From an uncultured Gemmatimonadales bacterium (GTDB lineage Bacteria > Gemmatimonadota > Gemmatimonadetes > Longimicrobiales > Gaopeijiaceae): a stretch of 64,000 bases of DNA. Position numbers and translations under genes: made by a program. The notes beneath the pieces are model-generated. The model saw nothing but the letters and a program-made list of their open reading frames with translations, was not told the origin of the DNA and did not search any database. This document shows, piece after piece, positions 8,839 through 18,913 of this stretch (position 1 is its first letter; every line of letters starts with the position of its first letter). Where the stretch lies: NCBI GenBank assembly GCA_963823035.1, contig CAWGKG010000012.1, positions 192,001 through 256,000 of the forward strand, in the 5' to 3' direction.

Positions 8839-11107
8839 CTAAATCTGTTTGGTTCGCGCCTGCCAGTCCACCGAGGCCACCGTCGCGAGGTTCAACACGT
8901 CCTGCACCGAACAACCCCTCTGGAGCACGTGCACGGGCTTGGCCATTCCGAGCAGGACCGGGCCGATGGTGTCGGCGCCGCCGAGCTTGTCGAGGAGCTT
9001 GTAGGCGGCGTTGGCCGCCGACAGGCGGGAGAAGATCAGGACGTTGGCCGGCCCCTCGAGATGGCTGAAGGGATAGATCCCCGTGAGCTTGTGCAGCTCG
9101 ACGGCCGTGTCCGCCTGCACCTCACCGTCGATCTCCAGCTCGGGATCCGCCTTCTGAACCAGGCGTACGGCCTCGGCTACGTTCCGTGATTCGGGGTGGT
9201 CCACCGACCCGAAGTTCGAGAAGCTCACCATCGCGATGCGGGGACGGATCCCCAGGTCCCGAACCCAAGCCGCCGTCTGGAGCGCGATGTCCGCGAGGGC
9301 CTGGGCGTCCGGCTCGATGTTCACCGTGGTGTCGGCGAGGAACATCAGCTCCCGGTTCGGGAAGGCCACCATGTACATTCCGGCCACGCGGCGGCCGCCC
9401 TCGGCGGGTCCGATCACCTGCAGGATCGGGCGCAGGATCTCGGCGTAGTTCGCCTCGATGCCCGCGACCATCGCGTCGGCCTCGCCCGCCTCCACCATCG
9501 ACGACGCGAAGAAGATCGGCCGGTACATGTTCCAACGCGCTTCGGCGAGCGTCAGCCCCTTGCGTCCCCGGCGGGCGAAAAGCGTATCCGCGAAGCCGTG
9601 CCGCCTCGACTCGAGGTCCGCGGCGTACACGATCTCGACGCCGTCGAGTTTCACGCCCATGAGCCGGGCCTTCTCCTCGACCCGCGGCGGACGCCCGATG
9701 AGGATGGGGCGGGCGACGCCCTCCTCCACCATCTGCGAGGCGGCGCGGATGATCGCGTCGTTGTGTCCCTCCGGGAAGACGATGCGCGCAGGGTGCCGCC
9801 GAGCGCGGTTCGTCATCCAGCGCATGACTTCGCGGCCCGGCCCGAGGCTGGCGCGCAGACGATCGACGTACTCGTCGAGGTTCAGCTCCACACGCGCCAG
9901 GCCGGTCTCCATCGCCGCCCGAGCGACCGCGGGTGCGACGTGGAAGAGGACGCGGTGGTCGAAGGGCTTCGGGATCAGGTACTCGCGCCCGAACCTGATG
10001 TCCGAGCCTTCGTAGGCGCCGCGCACCGTGTCCGGCACCTCCTCGCGAGCCAGCGAAGCGAGCGCGTTCGTGGCCGCGAGCATCATCTCGTGGTTCACCC
10101 CCCGGGCGCGCACGTCGAGCGCGCCGCGGAAGATGAAGGGGAAGCCGAGGACGTTGTTGACCTGGTTCGGATAGTCCGAGCGACCCGTCGCCATGATGGC
10201 GTCGTCGCGTACCTCCGCGACCTCCTCCGGGAGGATCTCGGGGTCCGGGTTCGCCAACGCGAAGATGATCGGGTTGTCGGCCATGGACGCCACCATCTCC
10301 TTGGTGACGACACCCTTCATGGAGAGGCCGACGAACGCGTCCGCGCCCTTCATCGCGTCCGCGAGCGTGCGAGCGTCCGTCTTCACCGCATGGTTCGCCT
10401 TGTACTCGTTCATGCCCTCGGTGCGGCCCTCGTAGATCACGCCCTTGGAGTCGGCGATGAGGATGTGCTCGCGGGGCACGCCCAGCCGCTGGAAGTGATC
10501 CGCCGTGGACAGCGCGGAGGCTCCCGCGCCGCTGAACACGACCTTCACCTCCTCCATCTTCTTGCCGAGCAGGTCCACCGCGTTGAGCAGCGCGGCGCGC
10601 CGCGATGATCGCGGTGCCGTGCTGGTCGTCGTGGAAGACCGGGATATCCATCGTCTCCTTCAGCGTGCGCTCGATGACGAAGCACGCGGGGGCGCTGATG
10701 TCCTCCAGGTTGATGCCACCGACCGTCGGCTCGAGGAGCTGGCAGAAGCGGATCACCTCGTCCGGATCCTCGGAGGCGACCTCGATGTCGAAGACGTCGA
10801 TGCCCGCGAAGCGCTTGAAGAGCACGCCCTTGCCCTCCATCACGGGCTTGGCCGCGAGCGGGCCGATGTTGCCGAGGCCCAGAACGGCCGTGCCGTTCGA
10901 CACCACGGCGACCAGATTGCCGCGGACGGTGTACTTGAAGACGTCCTCGGGGTTGGCGTGGATCTCGCGACACGGCTCGGCCACGCCGGGGGAGTACGCG
11001 AGGGAGAGATCGCGAGCGGTCGCGACCGGCTTGGTGGCGACGACTTCAATCTTTCCAGGACGGCCCTGCATGTGGTAATCGAGGGCGTCCTTGCGGCGAT
11101 TCGCCAT
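8839..11107 (-). CDS. maeB: NADP-dependent malic enzyme with C-terminal phosphotransacetylase-like domain; frameshift near 10598
   Basis: The N-terminal ORF has [21 protein letters not shown] and [12 protein letters not shown]; the second frame has [27 protein letters not shown] and the PTA-like domain. Removing one base joins them. Confidence 0.95.
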
Positions 11108-11292
11108 GGTTTCGGGGCTCCGAGGATGAGTGGGGAAGTTGGACGTTGGCGGCGGCGGGAGGTCATGTCAAACCTCGCTCTCCGTCGTAGATTAGCCGTC
11201 CCGCCGAACGCAGACCGGAAGCCGCGGAGGAAGCCATCCGACCCTGCCTGATCCCGACGCGCATCCGACCCCTCGCGGTCTGCCTCCTGACG

Positions 11293-13077
11293 TTGGCGGC
11301 GGGCGCGGTCCCGGGGGGCGCGGCGGCGCAGATCGGCAGGTCCGACACCGCTTCCAGCGCGTGTCCCGACGGTCGGATCACGAACATCTTCGTGGACAAC
11401 CACTCCATCTACGACGTCGAGCAGGTCGACGACGGCGGCCTGCTGGGGTGGGTGTACGGTGCGGCCAACTCGCTGCACGTCAAGACGCGCGCCAACTTCA
11501 TCCGCCGAGAGCTCCTCTTCCGGGTCGGCGACTGCTTCGACCCGCTGCTCCTCGAGGAGTCGGGTCGACTGCTGCGTGGCTACGCCTTCCTGGCTCGCGC
11601 GGACGTGTTCGCCGTGGACCTGCCGGACGGCAACAAGCACGTAGTGGTGGACACGCAGGACGAATGGACCACCCGCGTCGACCTGGGCGTCTCGTTCGAG
11701 GACCGCATCCGGGTCGAGGCGCTCGAGCTCTCGGAGGAGAACCTCGCCGGGCAGGGCATCCACGCCTCGGTGTTCTTCCGCCAGCGCAAGGAGCGAAAGG
11801 ACCTTGGAGGGACGCTCCGCCTCCCGCGCCTTCTGCATACGCGCACGGACGTGGTGGTCAGCGGTGGGCGCACGCGCTCGGGGACCTTCCTCACCGAGCA
11901 GGTGGCGTACCCCTTCGTGGGCGAGGTCGGCCGCGTCGCGGTCCGCCAGGTGTACAGCCGTAGCGACGAGCTCTTCCCGTACGTGGTGGACGACCCGTCC
12001 GTGCCCTACAGCCACGTGCTCCTTCCCGACCTGGACGAGCGCGTGGAGGTGTCCGTCGCGGGCCGGCTCGGTCGGCCGGGCAACCTCACGCTGCTGGGTC
12101 TCGGGCTGTCGAGAGAGACGCTCGACTTCGAGGGCTTTCCGGGGAGCCTCGAGGTCGCACGGGCGAACGACTTCGGAGACACGTCTCCCGCGCCCCCCGA
12201 CGTGCTCCCCGGCATCCTCCCGCAGGCGCATCCGTCCTCCACGACGCGCGTGAACTTCTTCATCGGCCAGCGCAACGTGCGGTTCGTACGGGTGCGCGGG
12301 CTCGATCCGCTGTCCGGAATCCAGGACGTCCAGCTGGGGACCGACGTGGGGCTGACCGTGGGTCGCAGCCTCGACGTGCTGTCGGCTTCCGGCCTCGAGG
12401 GCCCCGCCGACCTGTACACGCGCTTCCGTTTCTTCGCGGGCCACGATCCCGGCACGTCGTACCTCTTCCTCAACGTCGCCGCCGAGGGGCGGGACGTGCA
12501 GTCGGGCGGGGGAGTGCCGGAGGGATGGCGCGACCTCCTCGGTGAAGTCGACTTCTACGGCTACCTCCGGTCGCGGAAGGCACCGTCGCATACCTTCTTC
12601 GCTCGCGTCTCCGGAGCGGGCGGGTGGTCGATGGTCACGCCCTTCCAGCTCACCCTCGGAGGGCGACGCTCGCTGCGCGGGCTCAGGGAAGAGCGCCTCC
12701 CCGGTGGCCGCAGGCTCCTCTTCACGCTCGAGGACCGCTACTTCCTGCGCTGGCCCGCACCCTCGGCCTTCGACTTCGGCTTCACGCTCTTCGCCGACGC
12801 GGGACGCGTCTGGGCGGGCGAGGTCCCCTACGGCGTGGACTCGGGTTGGAAGGGCACCGTGGGCGGCGGGATCCGGCTGGGCTTTCCGTCCGGTACGCGG
12901 GGGTTGGCGCGTCTCGATCTCGCCTTCCCGATCGGAGCGGGCCGGGCCGGGGGGCCGGTCTTCAGGGTCACGCTCTACGAGCTGCTCGGGCTCACCACCG
13001 GGTTCTCGGATCCCCAGCTCGCGCGCTCCCGACGGCTCGCGGTGGGCCCCGACTTCTTCACCACGGACCGACGCTGA
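11293..13077 (+). CDS. Omp85/BamA-TamA family outer-membrane protein
   Basis: N-terminal POTRA-like segment (IRRELLF..GD.FDP..LEES.R.LR), LGG..SLRG lid-like motif, FADAGRVW, G.GIR, RLDLAFP beta-strands. Start uncertain. Confidence 0.8.
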   Translation: MAAGAVPGGAAAQIGRSDTASSACPDGRITNIFVDNHSIYDVEQVDDGGLLGWVYGAANSLHVKTRANFIRRELLFRVGDCFDPLLLEESGRLLRGYAFLARADVFAVDLPDGNKHVVVDTQDEWTTRVDLGVSFEDRIRVEALELSEENLAGQGIHASVFFRQRKERKDLGGTLRLPRLLHTRTDVVVSGGRTRSGTFLTEQVAYPFVGEVGRVAVRQVYSRSDELFPYVVDDPSVPYSHVLLPDLDERVEVSVAGRLGRPGNLTLLGLGLSRETLDFEGFPGSLEVARANDFGDTSPAPPDVLPGILPQAHPSSTTRVNFFIGQRNVRFVRVRGLDPLSGIQDVQLGTDVGLTVGRSLDVLSASGLEGPADLYTRFRFFAGHDPGTSYLFLNVAAEGRDVQSGGGVPEGWRDLLGEVDFYGYLRSRKAPSHTFFARVSGAGGWSMVTPFQLTLGGRRSLRGLREERLPGGRRLLFTLEDRYFLRWPAPSAFDFGFTLFADAGRVWAGEVPYGVDSGWKGTVGGGIRLGFPSGTRGLARLDLAFPIGAGRAGGPVFRVTLYELLGLTTGFSDPQLARSRRLAVGPDFFTTDRR

Positions 13078-13956
13078 TGACGCCCGACGGCGGACGCGCT
13101 CGTTCGCTCGAGGTCCGCCGGGTACTCCGCCTCGTGCTGTGGCTGAACGTCGCCGTCGTCCTCGTGAAGCTCGGCGTATGGGCCACGTCGCACGCCATGT
13201 CGGTGATGGCCGAGTCCTTGCACTCGTCGCTGGACGCGGCGAACAACATCTTCGCGCTGGCGCTGGCCCGCGTGGCCTCCCGGGGGCCCGACGAGGAGCA
13301 TCCCTACGGTCATCGGAAGTTCGAGACGCTCGGCGCGCTCGCCCTGGTGGGCGCGCTGTCGATCACCGTCTTCGAGCTCATCCAGCACTCGATCCTGGGG
13401 ATGATGGCGGGCACCGTCCGCTCGACCCATGTCGGCGCCGGGTCACTCGCTTTCATGGGTCTGTCCCTGGTGGGCGGGGTCGCGATCGCCCGCTACGAGG
13501 CCCGCGTGGGGAAGCGACTGGGGAGCGACCTCCTCCTGGCCGACTCCGCCCACACGCGCGCGGACGTCTTCACGACACTCGGCGTGATCGTGGGGCTGAT
13601 CGCCATCCGCGTCGGCTACCCCCTCGCCGACCCGATCGCGACGATCCTGGTGGCTCTGATCATCGCGCTACACCGGGTGGCAGATCGTGCGCGAGACCGT
13701 GCCCGTGCTGGTGGACCACCGCGCGGTCGAGCCCGGCCGTATCGAGCAGCTGGCGATGGAGATCGATGGCGTGCGCGCCGCCTACCAGATCCGCTCGCGC
13801 GGCCGGCCCGGAGATCGCTTCGCCGAGCTCACCATCGCCGTCGATGCGGTGCTCGACGTCGCGGCCGCGCACGCCATCGCGGACAAGACGGAGCGGCACG
13901 TAGCCGGCGCGCTGCGAGCGAGGGAGGTCGTCGTGCACGTGGAGCCGAGCGAGTGA
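13077..13956 (+). CDS. Cation diffusion facilitator (FieF/CzcD-like); frameshift near 13668
   Basis: AESLHSSLD, PDEEHPYGHRKFE, LADSAHTRAD; the C-terminal domain (AH.IAD...VVVHVEP) is in the next frame. Confidence 0.9.
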
Positions 13957-14630
13957 GGGCACGCTCCCACGAGCCCGAGATCCTCGACGGCCCGCGCCAC
14001 GACATGGACGAGCTGGCGCGGTCGCTCGAGCAAGTGGCGCAGGTGAACCGCTGGCTGGGCGGCACGAAGGCGCTGCGCAGACACCTCGATCCGTCGGTCC
14101 GCCGCGGACAGGCCCTTCGCGTGCTCGACGTCGGGACCGGCAACGGCGACACGCTCGAGGCGCTGGGGGCGTGGGCCCGCGGCCGCGGCGCGCGGTGGCG
14201 AGGCGTGGGCGTCGAGCTCAGCGCCCAGTCCGCCCGCATCGCGCGCGGTCGCGTGGACGCGGTGGTGCGGGGAGACGCCCTCAGGCTCCCCTTCGCGAAC
14301 GGCTCCTTCGACGTCGCCCTGTGCACCCTGACGCTGCACCACTTCACGGACACCGACGCGGCCGCGTTGGTCCGGGAGATGGCCCGCGTGTCACGGGACC
14401 TCGTGCTCGTCAACGACCTCGAACGCTCGACGGCGAACTACTGGGGCGCGCGCGCCCTGGCCGCCACGCTCTGGCGGGGGAACCGGATCACGCGCAACGA
14501 CGGTCCCCTCTCGGTACTGCGCTCCTTCACGCCCGTGGAGCTTCTGGAGGTCGGGAAGCAGGCCGGGCTGCGCGGGGCGCACGTGCGCCGGCACTTTCCC
14601 TGGCGGATCGTGCTGGAGGGGAAGGCGTGA
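13953..14630 (+). CDS. Class I SAM-dependent methyltransferase of the type usually found with type III PKS genes
   Basis: GTG overlapping the upstream stop; RSHEPEILD..L.RSL..V..VNRWLGG, VLDVGTGNGD, LTLHHF, VNDLER, NDGPLSVLRSFT. Confidence 0.88.
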   Translation: MRARSHEPEILDGPRHDMDELARSLEQVAQVNRWLGGTKALRRHLDPSVRRGQALRVLDVGTGNGDTLEALGAWARGRGARWRGVGVELSAQSARIARGRVDAVVRGDALRLPFANGSFDVALCTLTLHHFTDTDAAALVREMARVSRDLVLVNDLERSTANYWGARALAATLWRGNRITRNDGPLSVLRSFTPVELLEVGKQAGLRGAHVRRHFPWRIVLEGKA

Positions 14631-15803
14631 GCGGCCCGGAGGCGGACGTCGTCGTGGTGGGCGGCGGCCCGGCCGGGAGCACGGCGGCCACCCTCCTGGC
14701 CCGACGGGGCCGCCGCGTGCTTCTGCTCGACCGTGCGTGCTTTCCTCGTCCGAAGCCGTGCGGCGAGTGCCTCAACCCCGGTGCGCTCGCGGCGCTCGCC
14801 CGCGTCGGCCTGCTGGACCCTGTCCTCGCGCTCGACCCCGTCCGGCTCGAGGGATGGACGATCCGCTCCAGGGCATCGCACGTCTCGGCGGCATTCGGTG
14901 AAGGCCTGCAGGGCCTCGGCGTCGCACGCACCCGCCTCGACGCCGCCCTCCTCGACGTGGCGCGCGCCGCGGGTGTGGACGTGCGGGAGGGGACGCGGGT
15001 GACGGGGGTGCGTGCTGCCGAGGGAGCCGACCCTCGCCCCTCCGTGGAGGTGGGGGTCGACCAGGACGGATCCGCCCGCACGCTCCGGCCGCGGGTGGTG
15101 GTGGGCGCGGACGGGCTGCGGTCCGTCGTGGTGCGGAGCCTGGGCCTCCTCGCGCGGCGTCCCCGGCTGCGGAAGGTGTCTCTCACCACCCACGTGCGCG
15201 GCGAGGCCCTCCCCGAGGCGTGCGGCCTGCTCGACGTGCGCGACGGGGTCACGCTGGGCGTCGCGCCGGTGGGCCCGGGAAGGTGGAACGCGACCGTGGT
15301 GACCGCCGCGCCGGTGGAGGACGGCAGCCTCTCCGCCGATCCGCTCGACTTCGTGGGGGAGTTGTTGCGCCGGCGCCTGCCGGAGGGCCGCTGGGAGCCC
15401 GACGACGACGTGCACGCCTCCGGCCCCTTCGACTGGCCGGTGCGGCGCTGCGTGGGCGCCGGGCGTGGTGCTCGTGGGCGACGCCGCGGGCTATTTCGAT
15501 CCCTTCACCGGACAGGGCGTGTACCGGGCCGTGCGCACGGCGGAGCTGGCCGCGGCCGCGGTGGACCGGGCGCTGTCGTTCGCCTCGTGGACGCCGCTGC
15601 GGGCCTACCATCGCCGTTGGACGGGCGAAGTACGGTGGGGAAAGAGGGTCCAGCGAGGCGTGGAGGCGGTCATGGCGAGGCCCGGAGTCCGCGACATCGT
15701 CCTGCGCCGCCTGCGCGCTTCCGGTGGCCTGTCCGCCGTGATCCGCGTCACGGGTGATGCCGCCGCTCCCACGACGCTGCTGCGCCCGTCCGTGTGGATC
15801 TAG
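14627..15803 (+). CDS. FAD-dependent oxidoreductase/monooxygenase (geranylgeranyl reductase-like); frameshift near 15455
   Basis: DVVVVGGGPAGS, FPRPKPCGECL, VVGADGLRS; VLVGDAAGYFDPFTGQG in the next frame. Confidence 0.88.
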
Positions 15804-15843
15804 CGTGCCGTAGCCGAAGTCCGTTGAAGGACACCGGGGATTC

Positions 15844-15872
15844 TTGCCGACCCGACGCCGCGCGCCTACCGT
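15844..15872 (+). promoter_or_regulatory. Putative sigma70 promoter TTGCCG-N17-TACCGT
   Basis: Consensus-like hexamers with 17-nt spacing in the gap before the SRPBCC gene. Confidence 0.4.
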
Positions 15873-15917
15873 CTCTCCACCTGCGACCCCACCGCACCCG
15901 CACGCCCGGGACGACTC

Positions 15918-16394
15918 TTGGTCACGATCGACGAGCACCGCTGCGCCGCTCCGGCGGACGTCGCGTTCCAGGTCGCCGCCGACGTCGAAGGGTGGCCCGG
16001 AATCCTCTCGCACTACCGGTGGGTCCGTTTCCTGCGCAGGGACGGTTTCGCCCGCGGCCTCGTGGAGATGGCCGCGTGGCGCGACTTCGGGCCCGTGCGC
16101 TACCCGACGTGGTGGATCTCCGAGATGGAGCACGACGGCACGGCACGGGTAGTCCGGTATCGGCACGTGAACGGCATCACCCGCGGGATGGACGTGGTCT
16201 GGGAGGTCTCGGAGCTCGAGGACCAGGCCAGCCACCTGCGCATCGTCCACGAGTGGGACGGGCCTTCCTGGCCCCTCGTGCGGGAGTTCGCGGCCGACCG
16301 GGTCATCGGGCCCGGATTCATCAGCCACATCGCCGGCCGCACCCTCGCGGGGGTGGCGGCCGAGGCGGAACGGAGGCATCGGCTTGGCGGTTGA
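15918..16394 (+). CDS. SRPBCC/polyketide cyclase-aromatase family protein
   Basis: AP..VAFQVAADVE.WP.IL.HYRWV...ITRGMDVVW...LRIVHEW pattern of START/Bet v1 fold cyclases. Confidence 0.85.
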   Translation: MVTIDEHRCAAPADVAFQVAADVEGWPGILSHYRWVRFLRRDGFARGLVEMAAWRDFGPVRYPTWWISEMEHDGTARVVRYRHVNGITRGMDVVWEVSELEDQASHLRIVHEWDGPSWPLVREFAADRVIGPGFISHIAGRTLAGVAAEAERRHRLGG

Positions 16395-17673
16395 CGACCA
16401 GAGGGGCGCGACCGCGGGCCGGCGGGTATTCGTGACCGGGCTCGGGCCGATCACGGCATCGGGTATCGGGATCGACGCTTTGGCCCAGGGCCTGCGGGGG
16501 GGGGTGTCCCCGATCCGGAAGCTGAGCCGTTTCGATGCCTCGCCCTTCCGGACGCGCATCGCCGCCGAGGTGGACGGGTTCGATCCCGAGGCATTCTTCG
16601 ATCGGAAGGACATCCGGCGGCTCGATCGCTTCGCGCAGTTCGCGCGGGCGGCGACGGCGCTGGCGCTGCGGGATGCGAAGCTCGCCCCGGACTCGGTCGA
16701 CCCCTGCCGCGTGGCGATCCAGATGGGCTCGGCGCTCGGTGGGATGGCGTACGCCGAGGAGCAGGTGGGCAACCTCCTTCGAGACGGGGTCCGGGCCGTC
16801 GACCCGCGCGTGGTGACGAGCGCCTACGGCGGCGCCGCCAGCTGCCAGACCGCGATCTCCACGGGGTTCACGGGGCCCAACTCGACCAACGCGATGAGCT
16901 GCGCTTCCGGCACGATCGCCGTGGGCGACGCCTTCCGCCTGATCCAGGGCGGCTTCGCGGACGCCGCCGTGGCGGGCGGCGTGGAGGCGCCGCTCGCCCC
17001 GCTCTGCTTCGGCGCTTTCGCGATCGCACACGCGATGACCGCGCGCAACGACGAGCCCGGCCGCGCGTGCCGCCCCTTCGACGCCGACCGGGACGGCTTC
17101 GTCATGGGCGAGGGTGCCTGCATCCTCGTGCTCGAGGAGGCTTCCCACGCGATCGCCCGCGGAGCGCGGATCTACGCGGAAGTCGTCGGCTACGCCGTGA
17201 CGAACGATGCGCATCACATGACGGCGCCCCGCCCGGACGGCGCGCAGGCCGTCACGGCCATGAGGCTCGCGCTGGGCGCGGCCGGCCTGCGCCCCGGAGA
17301 CGTGGACCACGTGAACGCGCACGCCTCGTCCACGCCCCTGAACGACGCGGTGGAAAGCCAGGCGATCCGCGAGGTGTTCGGAGACCACGCCGATCGGATG
17401 TCCGTATCGGGCACCAAGCCCTTCTACGGCCATTCACTCGGTGCGTCCGGCGCGATCGAGGCGGCGGTAGCTTGTCTGACCATCCGCGACGGGTGGGCCC
17501 CGCCCACGCTGAACCTCGAGCAGCGGGGAGCGGGCTGCGACCTCGACTACGTGGGCGAGGGAGGCCGTGACCAGCCCATACGCACGGTCCTCTCCAACTC
17601 GTTCGGCTTCGGTGGCATCAACGCCACCCTGGTCGTCAGAGCCGCGGAGGAGGTCGGAGGGCCGGCGGCTTGA
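16384..17673 (+). CDS. Beta-ketoacyl synthase, FabF/KAS II-like
   Basis: VFVTGLG, NAMSCASG (Cys), RPFDADRDGFVMGEG, NAHASST (His), KPFYGHSLGASG (His), SNSFGFGG. Confidence 0.93.
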   Translation: MAVDDQRGATAGRRVFVTGLGPITASGIGIDALAQGLRGGVSPIRKLSRFDASPFRTRIAAEVDGFDPEAFFDRKDIRRLDRFAQFARAATALALRDAKLAPDSVDPCRVAIQMGSALGGMAYAEEQVGNLLRDGVRAVDPRVVTSAYGGAASCQTAISTGFTGPNSTNAMSCASGTIAVGDAFRLIQGGFADAAVAGGVEAPLAPLCFGAFAIAHAMTARNDEPGRACRPFDADRDGFVMGEGACILVLEEASHAIARGARIYAEVVGYAVTNDAHHMTAPRPDGAQAVTAMRLALGAAGLRPGDVDHVNAHASSTPLNDAVESQAIREVFGDHADRMSVSGTKPFYGHSLGASGAIEAAVACLTIRDGWAPPTLNLEQRGAGCDLDYVGEGGRDQPIRTVLSNSFGFGGINATLVVRAAEEVGGPAA

Positions 17674-18689
17674 CCGGTCTGGGCGCCCTTCCCCCCGAGC
17701 TCGTCGTCCTGCCGCCGCTCGCGCTGGCCGCCGGAGTCGACCTCTACCTCACGCTCCTGGTGCTCGGGGCGGCTCCGGGCTCGGGCTGGTGGGAGAGCCT
17801 TCCAGGCGCCCTGGGAGATCTCGGCGCGCCGGGTGTGGTCCTGATCGTGGGCAGCTTCTACCTCCTGGAGTTCCTCGCGGAGGCGTGGCCCTCCGCAGCG
17901 CTCTTCTGGAACGCCTTCCACGCCATCATCCGACCGCTCGCCGGCGCCCTGCTTGCGCTTCTCCTCCTCGACGGCCAGCCCGCCTCCGTGGTCGTGCCGG
18001 GTGCGATCCTGGCCGGTCTGCTGGCCTCCGGCTCGCACGCCGCACGGACCGGGGGCGGCGTGCTGCTGTGGCTCGACTCGGCCCGTCACCCCAGCCGCGT
18101 GCTCATCGCGCTCCTCGAGGACGTCTCCGTCCTCGGAATGGTCGTGCTCGTCCTGGACGCGCCGCACGTGGCGCTCGGCGTCTCCCTCGCGGTCCTGATC
18201 CTCACGCTCCGCCTGGCGGGATCCCAGGTGCGCGCCTTCGCGTTCGCGGTACGACTCGTCTGGGCCCGGGCGTGGAGGTCGCTCGGGCAGCCCCGATGGG
18301 ACGACCCGGAGGCCTTCCCACGCTGGGTGCGCGACGCGCTGGAAGGCGACGTGATGGCTCCCGGAGGGGGGCTGCGGGGAAGCCCGGCCGGGGGCCACCG
18401 GCTCCCGAGGACGCCTCGATTCGTGGTCGGCTGGGTGGTGGTGCGCGGCGACACGCCCCTGTTCGTCTACCCACGCCGTGGGGCGCCCGGGACCGTGGAC
18501 CTCGGCCCGCTGCGTGCCGCACACGTCTCCGAGAGCGCCTTCTTCCGCCGCGTCGAGTTGCTCGGACCGCCCCCTGCGAACCTCTACTTCGGCCTCGACG
18601 GACCCGGCCCCGAGAGCCTGAGAGCCGAGTTTCTCCAGGGTCATGGCGAGCACGCGCACGCATGGAACCCCCGGGACGACACCGGGTAA
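17670..18689 (+). CDS. DUF4126-like membrane protein
   Basis: LALAAGVDLY.T.L..G, YLLEFLAE, WNAFHAIIRP.AGA, ALLED pattern; extra soluble C-terminal domain. Confidence 0.7.
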   Translation: MTGLGALPPELVVLPPLALAAGVDLYLTLLVLGAAPGSGWWESLPGALGDLGAPGVVLIVGSFYLLEFLAEAWPSAALFWNAFHAIIRPLAGALLALLLLDGQPASVVVPGAILAGLLASGSHAARTGGGVLLWLDSARHPSRVLIALLEDVSVLGMVVLVLDAPHVALGVSLAVLILTLRLAGSQVRAFAFAVRLVWARAWRSLGQPRWDDPEAFPRWVRDALEGDVMAPGGGLRGSPAGGHRLPRTPRFVVGWVVVRGDTPLFVYPRRGAPGTVDLGPLRAAHVSESAFFRRVELLGPPPANLYFGLDGPGPESLRAEFLQGHGEHAHAWNPRDDTG

Positions 18690-18913
18690 CCCGGCCGCGG
18701 CTCGAAGGAGACCGGTGCCCCGGATGTTTCCAGAACGGGGTCCAGGAGACCTTTGACCATGGAAACAGGCTTTTGTAACTTTCGGATCACTCTGCCGTCT
18801 TCCAGTTCGTTTGCCAATCCAATGCAGGGATCCTCCCGCCCGGATTCCTCGTTTCGCGTCGGTCACACCGACCAGGTTCCCTTTTCGGTCGCAACTCGAG
18901 GAACAGCAAACGG

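Noticed and set aside
10590..10610. Programmed frameshifting in maeB or the other split genes
   Set aside because: No slippery heptamer or common context; the indels are scattered over unrelated genes.
12624..14630. 668-aa ORF suggesting a CDF-methyltransferase fusion
   Set aside because: Artefact of the indel near 13668. The CDF C-terminal domain lies in another frame with its own stop (13956), and the methyltransferase has its own GTG.
16384..17673. Calling the KS the housekeeping fabF or a canonical type II PKS
   Set aside because: There is no acpP/fabG/fabD context, and no chain-length factor or ACP in the window; left without a gene symbol.
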